A stretch of DNA of 64,000 nt from Rhodothermales bacterium (GTDB lineage Bacteria > Bacteroidota > Rhodothermia > Rhodothermales > Bin80), in the NCBI GenBank assembly GCA_965219915.1, contig OZ244794.1, positions 2,833,118 through 2,897,117 on the forward strand. The letters run 5' to 3'. The position numbers and the translations under genes were made by a program. Of this stretch, positions 37,909-47,600 are shown in pieces. The notes beneath the pieces were generated by a model. The model worked only from the letters and a program-made list of their open reading frames with translations. It made no database searches and had not been told where the DNA came from. The first letter of the stretch is position 1. Each line of letters opens with the position of its first letter.

Positions 37909-39963
37909 GTGATCGTCCAAAATGAGCCAACTTTGGCACATTACCCAACCCTCATGCTGAGATTTGCAGAAGAGGTCCTGATTCTGCTTTTGGACGAAGC
38001 CCGGGGGGAACTGGCCCCCGGCCTACCGGAGCGTTCTTTCGCCTTGGCACTCTCTGGAGCGGTGCTGATGGACCTCGCCTTTGAGGACCGTATCGATACT
38101 GATCCCAAGCAGCTAGTCCTAGTAGACTCAACTCCCCTCGGCGACGACATCTTGGATCCGACGCTGGCCGACATCGCTGGTGCAGATGAAACGTATGACA
38201 CGGGCCACTGGCTCGAACGTACGGCACGGCGGGCACACCTAGTTCGCGAAGCTGCGCTGACTCGCCTGATCAAACAAGGCATCTTCAGGTCCGAAGCACA
38301 TGGGCTACTATCGTTGACTCCCTCGGTATCTTGGTCCCGGCGCTACCCCATCGCGGGTGGCCAGCAGGTCGAGGAAGTAAGGCTGCGGATCATGCGGATC
38401 TTGTTCAGCGACGATCTTCCCCACCCACGCGATGTCGCGATCATTGCGCTCGCGAATGCCTGTGGCGTGTTCCGCACCATGATGACGTCGGAGGAGCGGG
38501 CACAGGTTCAGGACCGCATCGATCTGATGAAGAGACTCGACTTGATCGGCAGAGTGATGTGCCTGGCTATTGAGGATCTGGATGTGCCCGATAAAACTGT
38601 GCCGGAGCTCCGGCGCCCGAAACAGATCCCGGTGGTGCCGGGGCTTCCCCTGTTGGGCAACGGCCTAGCCATGCGGAAGGGATTGGTAAGCTTCCTTGCT
38701 CGCCAGTATCGCAAAGAGGGTCCAGTATTCAAGATACGCGCTCCTGGACGCCGGTTCGTGTGCATGGCAGGGCCGGAAGCTGTCAATTTCCTGGCCTCGC
38801 ACGGAAAAACCGTTTTCCGGTCGCTCGAGCCCATGGCGAACTTCCACAATTCAATGGATGCGTCGCGTTCGATCCTGACTATGGACGGGATTGATCACGT
38901 CACTACGAGAAAGGCGCAGGCCCGGGGATACGCCGGCCGGGTCATCAAGGACCGAACACAAGAGGTCGTGGACATCACCCGCAACGAGATTGGCAAGTGG
39001 CCGGTGGGAGAGCCGTTTGAGGTGTTTCCAGAATTCCAGAATGTGATTGCCGAGCAGATGGGCCTTATGATGGCGGATTATTCGCCGCAGGGCTACACCC
39101 GTGACCTGTCCACCCTTCTTGGCGGGATGCTCCTTAGCGCCGCGACGGTTCCGTACATCATGAGACTCCCGCGATTCCGCCGTGCCCGGAAACGTGGTCG
39201 CGAACTGGCCCAGGAGGTCCTCGCCTACAAGCGCAAAGCGGGTTCGCGCGGAATGACGCCGGACTTCATCGACCTGATGCTTGAGCTGCGCGAAGTCGAC
39301 CCCCAGCTTCTTCCGGAGACTAACCTGCCCCTGACGGTACTCGCACCCTACATGGTCGGACTTGACACCACGGCAAGCACATGTGCATTCATGATTTACA
39401 ACGTGCTTAAGCGGCCTCAACTAATGCAGCGCATGACTGCCGAGTCGGACGCTCTGTTCGATCAGGGTCGTGTGAGTTCCGAGGGTCTGCAGGGGCTCGA
39501 TATTTCGCGCCGCGTCGCGATGGAGACCCTGCGGCTCCACCCTGTCTCGCCCGCCGTGCTGCGGACGGTCGCCAACTCGTTTGCGTTCGCGGGTCACAGG
39601 ATACCTGCAGGTACGCAGGTCATGATCGGTACGGCGGTCGGCCATACGCTCGAAGAGTATTTTCCCGACCCGGAGCGCTTTGACATCGATCGGTATACAC
39701 CGGAGCGTGGTGAACACCGGCAGCGCGACGCCTACGTTCCCTTCGGGGCCGGCAACCACCGGTGTCTTGGCAGTGGTCTCGTCCCGGTCCAGCTCAGCCT
39801 AATGATGGCCACAATACTGAGGGAGTGCGTCCTGGAGCCGCTCGCGCCCGACTATACTCTCCGCCTGAGGTCGATCCCTACTATGCAGCCAGTCCGTTTT
39901 AAAATCCGCGTCCTGCGCCGACGGGTACACGACGTCGCGACGACGGGGGATAGAGGTTCATGA
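37909..39963 (+). CDS. GPP34 (GOLPH3-like) domain fused to cytochrome P450
   Basis: The 684-aa ORF has a more likely start at ATG 37954 (MLRFAEEVLILLLDEARGEL...ALSGAVLMDLAFEDRI, a GPP34-type N-terminus). The C-terminal part has the P450 ExxR motif (AMETLRLHP) and the heme Cys loop FGAGNHRCLGSG (DNA 39741-39776). Confidence 0.8.
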   Translation: MIVQNEPTLAHYPTLMLRFAEEVLILLLDEARGELAPGLPERSFALALSGAVLMDLAFEDRIDTDPKQLVLVDSTPLGDDILDPTLADIAGADETYDTGHWLERTARRAHLVREAALTRLIKQGIFRSEAHGLLSLTPSVSWSRRYPIAGGQQVEEVRLRIMRILFSDDLPHPRDVAIIALANACGVFRTMMTSEERAQVQDRIDLMKRLDLIGRVMCLAIEDLDVPDKTVPELRRPKQIPVVPGLPLLGNGLAMRKGLVSFLARQYRKEGPVFKIRAPGRRFVCMAGPEAVNFLASHGKTVFRSLEPMANFHNSMDASRSILTMDGIDHVTTRKAQARGYAGRVIKDRTQEVVDITRNEIGKWPVGEPFEVFPEFQNVIAEQMGLMMADYSPQGYTRDLSTLLGGMLLSAATVPYIMRLPRFRRARKRGRELAQEVLAYKRKAGSRGMTPDFIDLMLELREVDPQLLPETNLPLTVLAPYMVGLDTTASTCAFMIYNVLKRPQLMQRMTAESDALFDQGRVSSEGLQGLDISRRVAMETLRLHPVSPAVLRTVANSFAFAGHRIPAGTQVMIGTAVGHTLEEYFPDPERFDIDRYTPERGEHRQRDAYVPFGAGNHRCLGSGLVPVQLSLMMATILRECVLEPLAPDYTLRLRSIPTMQPVRFKIRVLRRRVHDVATTGDRGS

Positions 39964-41162
39964 CCAGAGTCCGGCCTCAGATAAGCCTTCCGAGGTACCA
40001 CTCCCTTGACAGGCTGCGTGCGTCCATGATGATGCTCGGAGTAGTGCGGCACGCTGCGATGAGCTACGAGCCGACCGTATTCGAGTGGTGGCCGTACAAG
40101 GATGTTCATGCAGACATCCTCGCTCATTGGGTGATTGTTTTCATCCGGGTGTTCCAGGTGCCGGTATTCTTCGCAATCGCGGGGTTCTTCGCCGCGTACC
40201 TAGTCCAAAGGCGCGGCATCCGGGGGTTCCTGAGCCATCGATGGAGCCGAATCGGAGTGCCGCTGCTAGTGGCCTGGCCTGTGATGGGGGTCACGATGTA
40301 CTTCTGCCTGATATTCGTCTCCGAGTTGAGCCCAATCCCGCTAAGTTATACCCACAACGTAGCCGAGTTGGCTTCGGACCGTGCGCCGCGTTATATACTC
40401 ATGCACCTCTGGTTCCTATACCATCTGATGATCCTTTGCGTGGTCGCGAGCGGTTTGCTGTTGCTCGCTGCCCGCATCCCGGAGAGTATACGGTCGCGGG
40501 TGATTAAACTCTTTGAACACCTAGTGCACCGTGGAGGCATCGTTGTGTTGGCCGTGGTAGGGGGTGCCATATTGTACCAGATGCGGTCTTGGGAAATTGA
40601 CTACTCCGGCAACCTGTTCCCGCCCCTGCGCCTGCTAGCACTATGGGGGCTGTTCTTCGCATTCGGCTGGTTGCTGTTCTGCCGCCGAGAAACTTTGGAA
40701 CGCTTCAAGCGCCCGGCATGGATCTTTCTCGCCTCTGGAATCGCGTGCTTCTTCGTGTACCGGTTCTTCGCTGATGCCGGCTGTCACGCCGGTGCCGACA
40801 GGGTCTGCACGGGGACGTCGGAGATCTACCATCTGGGGACGGTCGCCTTCCTCTCACTTTCCATGTGGTTCATGGCCTACAGCCTGATCGGACTGTTCCA
40901 GCGCTACATGGACAAACCAAGCCCGCGCTGGCGGTACATGGCAGACGCCTCGTACTGGATCTACATCGTCCATGTGCCAATTGTTATGCTGCTGCCCATT
41001 CTTCTGACGAACGTGCCGCTTCCGGGGATTGTCAAGCTCGCGTTGGTCTCGGTTACGGCAATCGGCCTGATCGTAGTAACCTATCGGTACTTCGTGCGGT
41101 CCACCTTCATTGGGAAGCAACTGAACGGAAAGCGCTATCCGAAAGGGCCGATCTGGGGGTAG
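39960..41162 (+). CDS. acyltransferase-3 family integral membrane protein (OpgC-like)
   Basis: The 400-aa ORF has a start that overlaps the P450 stop (ATGA). Its N-terminus YHSLDRLRASMMMLGVVRHAA fits the acyltransferase_3 pattern. It has about 10 hydrophobic helices. Confidence 0.75.
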   Translation: MTRVRPQISLPRYHSLDRLRASMMMLGVVRHAAMSYEPTVFEWWPYKDVHADILAHWVIVFIRVFQVPVFFAIAGFFAAYLVQRRGIRGFLSHRWSRIGVPLLVAWPVMGVTMYFCLIFVSELSPIPLSYTHNVAELASDRAPRYILMHLWFLYHLMILCVVASGLLLLAARIPESIRSRVIKLFEHLVHRGGIVVLAVVGGAILYQMRSWEIDYSGNLFPPLRLLALWGLFFAFGWLLFCRRETLERFKRPAWIFLASGIACFFVYRFFADAGCHAGADRVCTGTSEIYHLGTVAFLSLSMWFMAYSLIGLFQRYMDKPSPRWRYMADASYWIYIVHVPIVMLLPILLTNVPLPGIVKLALVSVTAIGLIVVTYRYFVRSTFIGKQLNGKRYPKGPIWG

Positions 41163-41292
41163 TAGAGAGCATCGGGGACGGTGTACACCTACAGCCTTAT
41201 CCAGTCACGAAATTCCGTATCTTGACGGGCAGCATTGTTTATAAAACCCAAATGTGTATAGCGGAGGCTCCGTACTTGTCAGTTCAAAAATC

Positions 41293-43080
41293 ATGCGTAT
41301 TCATCGTCGAACCATAGTTGTTGTCCTTTCGTGTGCCATACTGCTTGGTACATCCGTAAGGGCTCAGGTAAACAGCGGGGAGTCCATCCCGGACGTAACC
41401 CGCACGATTGCGCTAACCAATGCCCGCGTAGTTCAGGCGCCTGGACAAATCCAGGAACGAACCCACGTGATCATTCGGGATGGCCTGATCACCACCATTG
41501 CCCAAGATGCAGCTATACCTTTTGACGCCCTAGAAATACCCGCTGACTCCTTTACGGTCTATGCTGGTTTTATTGATGGGCTGTCCCACACTGGTATTCC
41601 TGAACCCAAAGAGCAACCTAACCGGGAGCGGCCTGACGACCCCGCGTTTCCGCCGCCTGAACAGGCCGGGATTCAACCACAGCAGGATGTGCGAAATCTG
41701 CTTGATCCAGAAGATAAGCGCATCACGGCCATGCGGGAAGCAGGATTCACGGCTGCGCACGTTGTCCCGAGAGGACGTATGCTCCCTGGAGTTGGGGCAA
41801 TCATTCTGCTAGCGGGCGACAATGCCAATGAGATGGTCTATCGTGGAGAAACTGCCCTGTATGCACAGCTTGCCGGGGCACGCAGGATGTACCCCGGCAC
41901 AGACATGGCAGTCCTCGCTAAACTCCGCCAGTTATACCGGGAGGCAGCACGACGCCAGAGAATCGAACAGCTGTATGCCGACAATCCGGCCGGCCTGGAA
42001 CGACCACAGTACGATCCGGTGCTCTACGCAATGTTTCCGGTTCTGGATGGTGATAGACCCGTCTTCTTTAATACTGAGAGTGTATTGGATGTGCATCGCG
42101 TACTTGCTGTCCAGCAGGAATTGGGCTTTCCAATGGTGCTCACCGGGTTAACGCAAAGCTTTGATGCTGTTGATAAACTGAAATCGGCAAACCTGCCCCT
42201 CCTGCTGACACTGGAACTGCCAAAAGAGCCCGAGGACAGTAAGGAGGAACAGTCACCGGATACTACAGAAGTTGCACTCACTGACGCTGCTGTGGAATTG
42301 CCCCAGATTGAAGCGCCAGATTACGATGCTGACTTTCGCGTAAGCTCTTTGGCTGATGTTGTAGCAGAAAAGGAAAATCTGGAAGCCCGACGAGAAATTG
42401 CCTATAAAGCACATGTCGGCAATGCCCGTTTGCTCGAATCCGAGGGACTGACCTTTGGCTTTTCAAGCGGAAGCGTCAAGCCGGGAGAGCTGTTGGGAAA
42501 TGTGCGAAAAATGATCAAGGAAGGTCTGTCCGAAGATGCTGCCCTTGCAGCCCTCACCACAACGCCCGCTCAAATACTCGGGCTTACCTCAAGTATGGGA
42601 ACCGTTGAAGAAGGGAAACTTGGAAACCTCGTGGTAACAAAGGGCTCAATCTTCGATGAAAAGGGAGAAATTCGATACGTCTTTGTGGATGGCCGAAAGT
42701 ATGAGATCGAACCACCAAGGAAAAGCTCCGGCGGAGATCCCGATGCTGATGTGAACCCCGCAGGAACATGGAGCCTCACTATCTCTACACCCGATGGCGA
42801 TATAGGTGGAACACTCACGATTGAGGGATCTGCAGATAGCTGGTCCGGTAGCCTGACCGTTGAGATTCAACCAGGAGCGGTTCCCGTTGAATACATTGTT
42901 CTGAGTGGCAACGAGCTGACCTTCTCATTTGATGCACCCGGTGTAGGTACTGTTGAATCTTCACTGATCCTGGATAGCGAATCCTTGAGTGGGTCCTTTG
43001 ATGTACCAGGGCTTGGGGTCGCAACTGTATCCGGTACGCGAACATCTGATCCGGAAATGTCTAATCAACATCACAATTAA
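41293..43080 (+). CDS. amidohydrolase family protein (secreted), with a C-terminal beta-rich extension
   Basis: The start is taken at MRIHRRTIVVVLSCAILLGTSVRAQ (signal peptide). The amidohydrolase-type N-terminus is ALTNARVVQAPGQIQERTHVIIRDGLI. The C-terminal extension of about 110 aa is GTWSLTISTPDGDIGGTLTIEG... Confidence 0.7.
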   Translation: MRIHRRTIVVVLSCAILLGTSVRAQVNSGESIPDVTRTIALTNARVVQAPGQIQERTHVIIRDGLITTIAQDAAIPFDALEIPADSFTVYAGFIDGLSHTGIPEPKEQPNRERPDDPAFPPPEQAGIQPQQDVRNLLDPEDKRITAMREAGFTAAHVVPRGRMLPGVGAIILLAGDNANEMVYRGETALYAQLAGARRMYPGTDMAVLAKLRQLYREAARRQRIEQLYADNPAGLERPQYDPVLYAMFPVLDGDRPVFFNTESVLDVHRVLAVQQELGFPMVLTGLTQSFDAVDKLKSANLPLLLTLELPKEPEDSKEEQSPDTTEVALTDAAVELPQIEAPDYDADFRVSSLADVVAEKENLEARREIAYKAHVGNARLLESEGLTFGFSSGSVKPGELLGNVRKMIKEGLSEDAALAALTTTPAQILGLTSSMGTVEEGKLGNLVVTKGSIFDEKGEIRYVFVDGRKYEIEPPRKSSGGDPDADVNPAGTWSLTISTPDGDIGGTLTIEGSADSWSGSLTVEIQPGAVPVEYIVLSGNELTFSFDAPGVGTVESSLILDSESLSGSFDVPGLGVATVSGTRTSDPEMSNQHHN

Positions 43081-43087
43081 TAGTACG

Positions 43088-44458
43088 ATGAGGTTCACAA
43101 CTCTTTTTCTGAGTGCAGTATTTGTCTTTGGTGGCAATTGTCTGGCGCAGGTGCCAACCGGAGATGTACTTGTTCGCGGCGGCACAGTAATCACGGTAAC
43201 CAATGGGACGCTGGAAAACACCGATGTGCTTATCCAGAATGGCATCATCGCAGAGGTGGGCGAAAACCTGGGCACACCAGAGGGTGTCTCCGTGATTGAT
43301 GCAACAGGCATGTACGTAATGCCGGGAATCATTGACGCACACTCGCATATCGGCATTAGCAATGTAAATGAATCTTCGGCACCCGTCACCGCCCAGGTAT
43401 CGGTTGGTGATGTGCTCAATCCCTACAGCATTTCCATTTACCGCGCTCTGGCGGGAGGAGTAACCTCCTCCCATTTGATGCATGGATCCGCCAATGTGAT
43501 TGGTGGACAGAATGAGACCATCAAACACCGATGGGGACTCATAGACCCTGATGAACTACGAATGGCGGGTGCCCCACGTACGATCAAGTTTGCACTTGGC
43601 GAAAATCCCACGCGTGTTCATGGACGAGGCAGTAATAAACGCCCCGCATCACGTATGGGAGTCGAATATGTACTGCGGGAGACCTTTGCAAAAGCGAAGC
43701 GCTACCAGGAAGCCTGGGCACAGTATGAAGAAGAAGCAAGATCGAACCCGCGTGCGGTCTCGCCCGAATACAACAGTCAGCTGGAAGTGATGAGTGATAT
43801 TCTGACTGGCGATATCCTTATTCACTGCCACTCCTATCGCGCAGACGAGATCCTCATGTTGCTTGATGTACTGGAGGACTTCGGGGTAGAACATATCACG
43901 CTTCAGCATGTGAATGAGGGTTTCAAGATCGCGCCGGAGCTTGCAGAGTTCGGTGCTAGTGCGTCTATCTTCGCCGACTGGTGGGCCTACAAATTTGAAG
44001 TCTACTATTCGACCGCCTACAACGCTGCTATTCTCACACGCAATGGTGTTCTTACGTCCATAAACTCAGACTCAGGTGAACTCAACCGACACCTGTATCA
44101 TGAAGCGGCTAAATCACAGAAATACGGTGGTCTCTCAGATACCGAAGCCCTGTCTCTTATCACCATGAATCCTGCGAAACAACTCGGTATCTCTGATCGA
44201 ATCGGCTCTATTGAAGTAGGTAAAGAGGGAGATCTCGCAATCTTTGACCGTCACCCACTTTCGATTTATGCGGTCAACCAAAAAACAATCGTGGACGGAA
44301 TTGTATACTTTGACATTGAAAAGGATGCCGATGATATGCGTTTGAGCGTTGACCCCGAAAGCCCGATAGAGACAGTAGTGTTGCACTCCCATGACGATAA
44401 TCATCGGTGTCTGCACGAAGGGTCACTGGATCTTTACGACTTCCTGGAAAGCAACTAA
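43088..44458 (+). CDS. amidohydrolase family protein (secreted)
   Basis: The start is taken at MRFTTLFLSAVFVFGGNCLAQ. The metal-binding HxH is in MPGIIDAHSHIG. The longer ORF from 42989 overlaps the previous gene and is probably an over-extension. Confidence 0.8.
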   Translation: MRFTTLFLSAVFVFGGNCLAQVPTGDVLVRGGTVITVTNGTLENTDVLIQNGIIAEVGENLGTPEGVSVIDATGMYVMPGIIDAHSHIGISNVNESSAPVTAQVSVGDVLNPYSISIYRALAGGVTSSHLMHGSANVIGGQNETIKHRWGLIDPDELRMAGAPRTIKFALGENPTRVHGRGSNKRPASRMGVEYVLRETFAKAKRYQEAWAQYEEEARSNPRAVSPEYNSQLEVMSDILTGDILIHCHSYRADEILMLLDVLEDFGVEHITLQHVNEGFKIAPELAEFGASASIFADWWAYKFEVYYSTAYNAAILTRNGVLTSINSDSGELNRHLYHEAAKSQKYGGLSDTEALSLITMNPAKQLGISDRIGSIEVGKEGDLAIFDRHPLSIYAVNQKTIVDGIVYFDIEKDADDMRLSVDPESPIETVVLHSHDDNHRCLHEGSLDLYDFLESN

Positions 44459-44460
44459 CG

Positions 44461-45771
44461 ATGAACTACTTGTATTCCCTGCTGATCAGCGCAGTCTTAT
44501 TGATCACGCCGCCTAACAGTGAAGTTGTTGATACGATCACAGCATTGACCAATGTGCGTATCGTTACAGTTACCCAAGGCACCGTTGAAAATGGCACGAT
44601 TGTCGTTGAGAATGGGATCATTGTCCAGCTTGGCACAGACGTTGATGTACCGGAAGATGCACAGGTTATTGATCTGGCAGGCTTGACCGTCTATCCCGGT
44701 ATGATTGACTCAGGCACACAGATGGGGCTTGTGGAAGTGGGATCCTTATCGGAAACCCGCGACGCCTCGGAGCTCGGAGACCTTTCTCCTCAAATGAAAG
44801 CCCTAACTGCTGTGAACCCAAATGGCGTAGCTATCCCGGTTACTAGAGTCAATGGAGTCACCACGGTGCTTACCGTACCATCCGGCGGTATGCTACCTGG
44901 ACAAGCCGCCCTGATAAATCTTCATGGGTACACCCCCCAGCAAATGTATGCCGGGTTTGAGGGAGTAGTTTTACAATTTCCCTCAACTGGGCGTAGAGGA
45001 CAGTTTGATTCTCGTTCGGAGGAGGATGTCCAAAAGGCGGCTACCGAAGCTATCAAGAAGCTCAATGACACCTGGGACAGCGCTGAGTTACATCACCGTA
45101 TTGACTCTACTTACCAGGCACATCCAGAAGACGGGCGCAGACCCGAATACGTTCCGTCTATGGAAGCTCTAAAGGGTGTTGTCCGTGGAGAACAATCCCT
45201 TATTATCCAGGTGAATACTGCAAAAGATATCCTTGCTGCTCTTGACTGGATAAAGGCCCGGAATATGAAGAATGTGATCTTCAGTGGATTGGCCGAAGGC
45301 TGGCGTGTTGCAGACAAAATCGCCGAGGCCGGGGTCCCGTGCCTAGTCGGACCAGTCCTCAGTATTCCAACACGGTCAAGTGATCGCTTTGACAAGGCCT
45401 ATAAGAATGCAGCCCTTATGCATGAAGCAGGGGTCAAGATTGCCATCCGCTCGAACGATACGGCCAACGCGCGTAACCTGCCCTATCATGCCGGCTTTGC
45501 CGCTGCGTACGGCCTGCCTGTAGAAGCGGCACTCCGTGCAGTGACAATCAATCCAGCTGAAATTTTTGGGGTTGATGACAGATTGGGCTCGCTTGAAGTA
45601 GGCAAGGAAGCTACTTTCTTCGTGGCAGATGGAGATCCCTTCGAAACTTCCACAACGATTCTCCATGTGTTTATTGCGGGATTCCAGGTTCCGATGGAAA
45701 GTCGACATACCCGACTTTACGAGGAGTTTCTAAACCGTAACCCCGGCCTGGAAAAGCATAACGGCCAATAA
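44461..45771 (+). CDS. amidohydrolase family protein (secreted), HxH motif not conserved
   Basis: The start is taken at MNYLYSLLISAVLL. It is a paralog of the two upstream genes (ALTNVRIVTVTQGTVENGTIVVENGII; VYPGMIDSGTQMG where the HxH would be). Confidence 0.7.
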   Translation: MNYLYSLLISAVLLITPPNSEVVDTITALTNVRIVTVTQGTVENGTIVVENGIIVQLGTDVDVPEDAQVIDLAGLTVYPGMIDSGTQMGLVEVGSLSETRDASELGDLSPQMKALTAVNPNGVAIPVTRVNGVTTVLTVPSGGMLPGQAALINLHGYTPQQMYAGFEGVVLQFPSTGRRGQFDSRSEEDVQKAATEAIKKLNDTWDSAELHHRIDSTYQAHPEDGRRPEYVPSMEALKGVVRGEQSLIIQVNTAKDILAALDWIKARNMKNVIFSGLAEGWRVADKIAEAGVPCLVGPVLSIPTRSSDRFDKAYKNAALMHEAGVKIAIRSNDTANARNLPYHAGFAAAYGLPVEAALRAVTINPAEIFGVDDRLGSLEVGKEATFFVADGDPFETSTTILHVFIAGFQVPMESRHTRLYEEFLNRNPGLEKHNGQ

Positions 45772-45890
45772 CTCCTCCTCATGCTTGGATCCACAGGTCC
45801 AAGCCGTAGAAATCATCTAGGGAAGCACCCGGTAAGGGTCAAATCAGGGGATTTGACTCGTGGGCGAAGAGCATACCCTGGACCGTTTTC

Positions 45891-46724
45891 CTAGTCTTCG
45901 CGTACGTCTTTTGATTTTTCCCAGTGAACGTCTAGCTCTTCTAGGTCGGCAGACTTCATGTCGGGAACTTGTGCTTCCACGTATCCAAGGCGTTCACGGA
46001 ATCGACGATTTGTACTGCGAAGTGCATCCTCGGGGTTGATGCGATTCTTTCTCGCATAGTTGACCAGCGCAAAAAGCAGATCACCGAACTCATTTTCGCG
46101 CTCAGTTTCCGATATTGCTGCCCTGAATTCCTGAATTTCTTCCTCAACCTTAGCCCAGGTGCTTTCCTGGTCTGGGAAGTCAAACCCGACACTGGCAGCT
46201 TTCTCCTGCATTCGATAGGCACATAGGAGTGCCGGCAAACCGGCCGGTACACCGCTTAACACTGATGCACCCTGCCGTTCACTTGCCTTGAGTGATTCCC
46301 AGTTCTGGAGTACTTCCTCAACTCCCGACACGGCGCGGTCCCCGAAAACATGTGGGTGGCGTCGAACCATCTTGTCAGCAACCGCAGACACTACACCAGC
46401 AAGGTCAAACTGCTGGGTTTCTTCCGCAATCACGCTGTGCAAGACAACCTGCAACAGCAGATCCCCCAACTCCGTACGCAGCTCCTGCATATCCCCCGCA
46501 TCAAGCGCCTCAATGGCTTCGTACGTCTCTTCAATCAGCAAATGGCGCAAGGAGGCATGGGTCTGCTTACGGTCCCAAGGGCACTGCGTCCTGAGCTGGC
46601 GGACAATATTCACAAAAACTGTCCAATGCGGTGCGGAATCATTGGCTTCTGTGTACTCTTCGTCAAATATGTCTGATTGCATTCGAAATGATGATCTTTT
46701 GAACCTATCTAGAAAGCGCTGCAC
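45891..46724 (-). CDS. mazG: nucleoside triphosphate pyrophosphohydrolase MazG
   Basis: The 277-aa ORF has tandem MazG domains (RTQCPWDRKQTHASLRHLLIEETYEAIEAL; EEIQEFRAAI...EFGDLLFALVNYAR). The start may be the internal ATG at 46682. Confidence 0.88.
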   Translation of the reverse strand: MQRFLDRFKRSSFRMQSDIFDEEYTEANDSAPHWTVFVNIVRQLRTQCPWDRKQTHASLRHLLIEETYEAIEALDAGDMQELRTELGDLLLQVVLHSVIAEETQQFDLAGVVSAVADKMVRRHPHVFGDRAVSGVEEVLQNWESLKASERQGASVLSGVPAGLPALLCAYRMQEKAASVGFDFPDQESTWAKVEEEIQEFRAAISETERENEFGDLLFALVNYARKNRINPEDALRSTNRRFRERLGYVEAQVPDMKSADLEELDVHWEKSKDVRED

Positions 46725-46796
46725 CCTATCTTGTTGTGAGACGTTTCTGCCGTTAAAGCGTAGAAGTTACAATCTAAGACCAAAACACAATTGTCC

Positions 46797-47363
46797 ATGA
46801 ACCTGCAGGATATAAGCATTAACAAGGTAGTTCTGATCGGGCGACTGAGTCGGGATCCCGAGCTTCGCCATTTAAACAGCGGTACAGCCATTTGCCAATT
46901 ACGTGTGGTAACTACGGAAAGCTATGTGAACCGGGATGGTGACCCCGGAGAAAGTAGAGCATCACACACAGTGGTGGTTTGGGGGAAGAGGGGTGAAGAT
47001 ATAGCTAATCGAGCGCGTACCAACACGCGTATTTTTGTGGAGGGAAGAATTCAAAATCGCTCCTACGAGAATCAGCAGGGAGAAACAAAGTGGGTAACCG
47101 AAATAAATGCAAGGACTGTTTTTCCAATGGAGGAGGAAGGAAATTATGGACAACCGGCACCATCGGGTGCGTACGGTCAGCAACCAGGTGGAGGTCACGG
47201 CCAGCAAGGTGGGTATACACAACCCCAAGTGGGTGGAGCTCCACAACCACCGCCCGCTCCCGTGCAACAACCTCCTCCCGCACAACCACCAGGTGGATCC
47301 CCCGCATCGCCCGGCGGTTCGCCTTCTACGACCATTGTCCCAGAGGATGATCTACCTTTCTAG
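46797..47363 (+). CDS. ssb: single-stranded DNA-binding protein
   Basis: It has an OB fold (INKVVLIGRLSRDPELRHLNSGTAICQLRVV), a Gly/Gln/Pro-rich linker and an acidic tip (EDDLPF). Confidence 0.92.
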   Translation: MNLQDISINKVVLIGRLSRDPELRHLNSGTAICQLRVVTTESYVNRDGDPGESRASHTVVVWGKRGEDIANRARTNTRIFVEGRIQNRSYENQQGETKWVTEINARTVFPMEEEGNYGQPAPSGAYGQQPGGGHGQQGGYTQPQVGGAPQPPPAPVQQPPPAQPPGGSPASPGGSPSTTIVPEDDLPF

Positions 47364-47600
47364 ATCGAGAATCTGCGACTAATTGATCTACCCTGTGCTC
47401 CCGAAATCCTTTGTCTGTGTCAGCGTGTCGCTGGATCTCTCTATAGATGAATCCCGTAACTCTGGATATCTGACCGTATTGCGGGACGTTCGCATCGATT
47501 AAGTGACACAACAATATTGTCCCTTTGCACTAAATTCCCCTATCCTCTCGCATGTACATCGAGATGATCTGTCACAACTAATCAATTAAACTTTGGACCC

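Noticed and set aside
38851-39759. Minus-strand ORFs of 189 aa and 112 aa within the P450 gene, and similar ORFs at 37941-38282 and 40085-40507
   Set aside because: These are typical long antisense or alternative-frame ORFs generated by high GC content. They overlap genes with clear P450 and acyltransferase motifs.
42961-43528. Minus-strand ORFs of 152 aa and 155 aa, and the long N-terminal extensions of the second and third amidohydrolase ORFs (42989 and 44407 starts)
   Set aside because: The internal ATGs at 43088 and 44461 give canonical signal peptides and remove the gene overlaps. The antisense ORFs lack motifs.
45838-45857. Hairpin gtcaaatc-aggg-gatttgac between the convergent amidohydrolase and mazG genes, as a bidirectional terminator
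   Set aside because: The 8-bp stem is perfect but AT-rich, and there is no U-tract on either strand. It is plausible but not strong enough to list as a feature.
47090-47382. Alternative-frame ORFs across the 3' half of ssb
   Set aside because: They are artefacts of the low-complexity Gly/Pro/Gln linker. The ssb frame ends with the canonical acidic DDLPF tip.
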